64,000 bases of DNA from Eledone cirrhosa. Its lineage: Eukaryota. The stretch's first letter is position 1; every line of letters begins with the position of its first letter. Shown here in pieces: positions 58,395-64,000 of the stretch. The translations under genes were made by a program, and so were the position numbers. The stretch lies in NCBI GenBank assembly GCA_964016885.1, contig OZ024755.1, forward strand, positions 7,130,001 to 7,194,000, read 5' to 3'. The notes below the pieces were generated by a model that was given only the letters and a program-made list of their open reading frames with translations, searched no databases and had not been told where the DNA came from.

Positions 58395-58834
58395 TCTACA
58401 TATATATATATCATATATACACATATATTCTCATAAACACACACACATATAAGTGCGTGTAAATATGTATATATATATATGTATGTATATATATATACAT
58501 ATATATGTGCGTGTATTGTGAAATGTGTATTGAAAGTTAAGTAGAAGAGAGTCAGAACACGTGTACCAATGGATCATATATTGTTTTCATTATTGGTTTA
58601 GTTCTAATCGATAATTAGACATGCATCTGTTGCACCTGCCTGTCTGATATTTTGCAGCTGAGATGCAAATAGATGCAATTAGATGCAATCATACGCAAAC
58701 AGAAATACAATGCATAATCCCCGAGGGCATTGGGTTGGAAACTATGCAATGTAAATTTAAACTAAGAAGGTTGTAGGTTATTGTGACTGGGGCGATTTGT
58801 CCTATGCCAAACTCTCAACATATTACACTGTATA

Positions 58835-59355
58835 TCTATATACATAAATGGCAATTTCTGCCTGTTTGTTTGTGAACCTAAAACTCAAAAACTACCAAAC
58901 CAATCTTGATGAAACTTGACACGTGTTTGGGGCTTATACCCATTTGATTTCTTACGTATATTTCATTTTAATCAAAGGGTTCCCTGGGGCTTCACACCCC
59001 CGCTGAGAACCCCCGTTTAATTTTTTTCCCCTTCGATTTATATGAAACATAGGTAAATGACAAGATATGATGTCTATTCACAAAATTTCAGCAAATTTCA
59101 GTAATATTAAGACACCCTAATGGGGGTTCTATCTTTTTCCTTATAACAACACTCAACTTCTCTGACAAACATTTTTTCGCCTGACCAATGCAATCAACAA
59201 TATTTGTTTGTATTATTGTTTCGTAAATGAATTTGTCTTCGCTTTTGATTATGTGTCTTATATTTTGATTTCATTTTTGGTCTGAGAGGCATTGGGCATT
59301 TTAATGGGAACTGGGAATACCCCCGCTCACGGGTATTACCGGGTACCTCAGCTAG
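58835..59355 (+). mobile_element. Non-autonomous Helitron
   Basis: A|TC 5' end (tctatatacataaatg), subterminal GC-rich cgggtattaccggg, CTAG|T 3' end, no TSD. Confidence 0.6.
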
Positions 59356-59989
59356 TTATAAAAAATACCAACTCGTTACAACGGTTAAGACGACGAATAT
59401 TCCACTTGATTCTAGCAATAGCCTGCTTGTGAAATTAACGTGCAAGTGGCTGTTAACCAAATCAATGTTATTTGTTTGTTATTTTCTTAGAGATAGTTAT
59501 CTGATGAAATAGAATAAGAAGACATTACAGCAATACAACGAGAGGAAACATAATAATAACATCACTGATGTTGTCACATGTGGGTGACGAAAGAACTCTG
59601 AGAAATTATATTTAAATCTATATTTTTAACTGTTGGTCAATCAATGATAAACATTGATTGCCAGCTGAATTAATTATAAATATAAATTATACTGAAGCGA
59701 AAACTAGCCCATGCCAAACAGTGAGTGTGTTTTACTATATATTCTTGGCAATATTATAACAACATGGCCCTCCTCAAATATAACAATAATTATCTAATCT
59801 TAGAGCACTTTCAATATCTCTAAGAAGGCCCTTTTTTCTTGATTGAAACAGTTGTAGGTTCGATAAATTACAGAGCCACGAGATAGCCTTTTCTCATGGT
59901 ATTTCTTTAGTTAAATCTATGGGTAACATAATTCTCCACCACTCTGGGTCAAATATCGTGAAATTCCGATGTAACCTGAAGCTTATATC

Positions 59990-60412
59990 TCTATTATTAT
60001 TTTTGAAACTCCACACCATACTCTCTTATTTGTGCCCCATCTATGGAACTGACCCAGCTATTAAAACTGATTGACTGTGCGATAATGTTATAGAATTCTT
60101 TTTATTTTTCTCTGAGTTTTTAATAATTATTTTAAACAGTTTTAATTGTTCCACCCATAGAAGAAATTAAATATGCTGTTTTCTTTTGCATTTAAACCGA
60201 ACAGTTAGCAATTTACATTTCCTCAACAAGTGAGGTAGGGTTGACTCTGCTTCGTGTAAAATAGCCATTTTGGGAGTAGATCTTAGACATAACAGTATAG
60301 TTTTGTCAATTTGTGTACGAAATCTATCGATAGTTTCAACATAGCTAATGCTTGTGTCTCCCCAAAACTCAGCTGTCAGAACGTTGATAACTTCCTTATT
60401 ATACAATATCAA
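59990..60412 (-). pseudogene. Possible decayed I/Nimb-like LINE fragment
   Basis: LRSTPKMAILHEAE..LP.LLR resembles the post-RT region of I-group LINEs; weak. Confidence 0.3.
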
Positions 60413-60732
60413 ATTCCTGGCTTCTTTTTCTTTTTCTTTTTCTTTTTCTTTTTCTTTTTCTTTTTCTTTTTCTTTTCTTCTTTCTTCTTCTTCTTTCTAA
60501 TTCCTGCCACCCCTAAAATAGTTCCTTTGTCTTAACGATACTTCGGTCAGTTGTTGTTGTTAATATTGTTGCTGTTGTTGATGTTGTTGCTTCTGCTGCT
60601 GTTAATCTATTCAATATTCCAATAAGATACACCAATATCGATTAGAATCGACTAATTAGTTTCGATTCCCCTTTTTCTTCCAGCAGGATATCGATTAAAG
60701 AAAGGGTTACTGTGAGGCTTAGTTAGGACTGG

Positions 60733-61420
60733 TTGATGGTGTTGGTGGTGGTAGTAGTAGTGGTGGTGGAGGTGATGGTTAAAGTGGTGGTGGCGGCGGT
60801 AGTGGTAATAGTGGTGTTGGTGGTAGTGGTAATTGTGGTGGTGGTGGTGGTTGTGGTGGTTATAGTGGTAGTGGTTGTGATGGTGGTGGTTATAGTGGTG
60901 GTGGTGGTGGCTATAGTATATGGTGGGGTTGGTTGTGGTGGTGATTATAGTGGTGGTGGTGGTGGTGATATTAGTAGTGGTAGTAATGGTGGTGGTGGTT
61001 GTGGTGGTGATATTAGTAGTGGTAGTAATGGTGGTTGTGGTAGTGATATTAGTAATAGTAGTAGTAATAGTAGTAATGGTGGTGGTGGTTGTGGTGGTGA
61101 TATTAGTAGTGGTAGTAATGGTGGTAGTGATATTAGTAGTAGTAGTAATAGTAGTAATGGTGGTGGTGGTGATATTAGTAGTGGTAGTAATGGTGGTGGT
61201 GGTTGTGGTGGTGATATTAGTAGTGGTAGTAATGGTGGTGGTGGTTGTGGTGGTGATATTAGTAGTGGTAGTAATGATGGTGGTGGTTGTGGTGGTGATA
61301 TTAGTAGTGGTAGTAATGATGGTGGTGGTTGTGGTGGTGATATTAGTAGTGGTAGTAATGGTGGTGATGGTTGTGGTGGTGATATTAGTAGTGGTAGTAA
61401 TGATGGTGATGGTTGTGGTG
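60733..61420. repeat. (GGT/AGT)n low-complexity tract with a ~39-bp higher-order unit
   Basis: ggtggttgtggtggtgatattagtagtggtagtaat repeated. Confidence 0.9.
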
Positions 61421-62614
61421 TGGCCCCTTTGTTTGTGAGTTGGGCCTAAGAGCGGAATATTAGGAGAGGTTTAGGGTGAGGTTGTGATGTTGTAGTGCTG
61501 GTTGTTGTTTAGCCCCAGGTCAACCCTGATCGAAGAGATTTCTGCTATAACCACAATGTTCTATTTTGCCTATCCATGATAACAATATTCATTAAAATAT
61601 TCCTTTAAGATTTCATAGTGGTTTGGCTGCTATTTCTAGCACATCATATAAACACGTGTACCCTCCAGACACACATGGATGATGGTAGCCATTGTCATAT
61701 ACATAGGGTTAGTGGTGGTGGTAGTAGTTGTAATAGGGATGATGGTTAGTGGTGGTGGTAGTAGTTGTAATAGGGATGGTGGTTAGTGGTGGTGGTAGTG
61801 AAGGTAATAGGGTGGCGGTGGAAGTCAAGGTAATAGGGATGATGGTTAGTGGTGGTCGTCGTCGTTGTAATAAGGATAGTGGTGGTGGTGGTAGTCGTTT
61901 CGTTTGACGATAAAAAAAAGATATTGAGTAATGTAAAGAAACAATGAAAGTGGGGGAAAGAAAAAAGAACAATGAGATGTCATCTTAATTTTAATTGTTG
62001 GTTAATTAATATAAAATCAGAAAAAAAGGAGAAATGAATTTTAGACTAATCGATAAACTTTATCGATTAGTAGAAGATTGTTCTGTAGTTTATTTTAATG
62101 AGTGATAATTTAACGAGGTTGGTGTCGGACTCCACCAAGGGTGGGTGTTGTCATTTCTGTTTATAATCTTCACTGAGATGCACTGGATAGGTTTTCTGCC
62201 GAGTGCTGCACATCAGGAATGAAAATCAGTGTTACGCCCTTTCAAGGAATCCTGCACACTGTCCCTCCCCACCCCGTGTGGTTTTGGTTTCTAGGAGTAA
62301 ATTATGTAACGGACCTTTCTACTTTTGAAGACATTAGGGTGTAATTTCAAATAAATCTTACTGCTATTTCTAGTATATTGAGCGTTCACCTGTTGGTTCG
62401 ATTTCATCTACGTTTTATCTACAGAGGCAGTACGACTGAATAGTTAAGAAGTTCGTTCCCCTATTACAAAGTTCCCCACATGTGTGCTTAGAACGGAACC
62501 CTGCTTGTTCTTTCCGCAGTTTTTGACCAATTTCTTGTTGGATCCTTTTCTATAATACAATGCAAAAACTTTTCTTGGTACAGGGGGCCATGAAATTCAT
62601 CTTCCGATATTGCA

Positions 62615-62688
<74 letters not shown>

Positions 62689-63270
62689 ACCGTGAGAGAG
62701 AACGTTGATTTCTTGTATAAACGAAGAAAAGCATATTTTGAATATTTTGAATATATGCCTTCCCCATCCAAACACCTTTATTTTGTCTTAAAATACGTTT
62801 TTTCATGAATTCTAAATACAAGTTCTAAAACATTCTAGACAGAAAGTTGTGTTCGTGTGACAGACGGGTGAAAAATGGTGTACACTTATTACATTATAGA
62901 TTAGCTTTGAAGGAAAATAGAAAATCTAAAGATCTGAAGAAGCAAAGGATGAAAGAACGACAGAATGGAACGAACGAATGAATGAGAAAAAAAAGCAACA
63001 AACGAAAGTATTAGAATATAAATAAAATGAAATAATGTATGATAAAACCATAAGTAAATAATGTATGGCTGGCTGGATGAATGAATGAAAGAAGAGAATA
63101 AAAAAGAATGAAAGATCTAATAAGCAAACGTAACAAACAAACAACAAAAGTATTTAAAAATCTAAGAAAATATCCGATATTGTTTTCCTCAAGTATATAA
63201 TTGGATTCCTTTCTTCAGGGATCATTTAATAATTCTTCCTTTTTGAAATAGCACTAAAAAAACACCATAA

Positions 63271-63349
<79 letters not shown>

Positions 63350-63412
63350 TATATATATTTATAAGCATATTCCTACACACACACGTTTATATATGTATAT
63401 ACACACACACTC

Positions 63413-63445
<33 letters not shown>

Positions 63446-63688
63446 TATATGTATATATATACATATATGTATATATATATACATATATGCATATATATAT
63501 ATATTTATATACATGTACATATATATACATATATATATGTATGTATATATACATATATATATGTGGGTGTGTATATATATATACATACACACACACATAT
63601 ATATATATGTATAAATACACACACACATATATATATACATACACACACACATATGTATATATATACATACACACATATATATATACAT

Positions 63689-63749
<61 letters not shown>

Positions 63750-63837
63750 GCACCACCCCCATATATATATAAGAGACGTAAAATAAGAAAATTATAAAAT
63801 TAACTTACTTACTAAAATATCACTTCCAACTAATTAG

Positions 63838-63903
63838 TTTCTGGAATGGAGTAAATATATTTTCCGAAGAATAATATTGAGAAGCATTCCGTCGTCAGGA
63901 AAG
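63838..63903 (-). ncRNA. Type I HHR in a microsatellite-adjacent element
   Basis: Minus strand UUUC-CUGACGA-CGGA...UUCG-GAAA-AUAUAU-UU; stem I only with a bulge. Confidence 0.55.
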
Positions 63904-64000
63904 TCTATTCTCATGTAAGTTTCCAGGCAAAGCGAGGACACTGGAAACTTATTAAAAAAATAATTCAGTGGATAGGAAATAGCGAAGCGTGGACTGAATT

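Noticed and set aside
59497-59560. CTGATGA...GAAACATA possible HHR
   Set aside because: No stem II complementarity; expected by chance in AT-rich DNA.
60733-61449. 238-aa Gly-rich ORF with hydrophobic N-terminus (GGGCGGDISSGSN repeats)
   Set aside because: Explained by a GGT/AGT trinucleotide-derived satellite open in several frames; cannot be supported without expression data.

Overview
AT-rich, microsatellite-saturated eukaryotic DNA. The (TA)n/(CA)n density and SINE families suggest a coleoid cephalopod such as Octopus (inference). There is one host gene: a three-exon, + strand TGF-beta superfamily ligand most like BMP9/BMP10 (exons 8280/8706-9351, 35647-36533, 38085-38318; intron 1 is about 26.3 kb). 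The rest is mobile and repetitive DNA: a decayed Tigger/pogo transposase, TTAA-flanked piggyBac-type MITEs, Tc2-like MITEs, a non-autonomous Helitron, tRNA-derived SINEs, RTE-like LINE 3' ends, minisatellites and a 200-N gap. The most striking unannotated signal is a set of short elements embedded in or next to (TA)n tracts, from several sequence families. They are often fold-back inverted duplications and carry type I hammerhead ribozyme (HHR) motifs (CUGANGA...GAAA...UH, short palindromic stem III), some with very long stem II insertions. One is linked to a Penelope-like endonuclease C-terminal remnant. All folding and alignment was done by eye. Nearly all ORFs in the supplied track are microsatellite artefacts.
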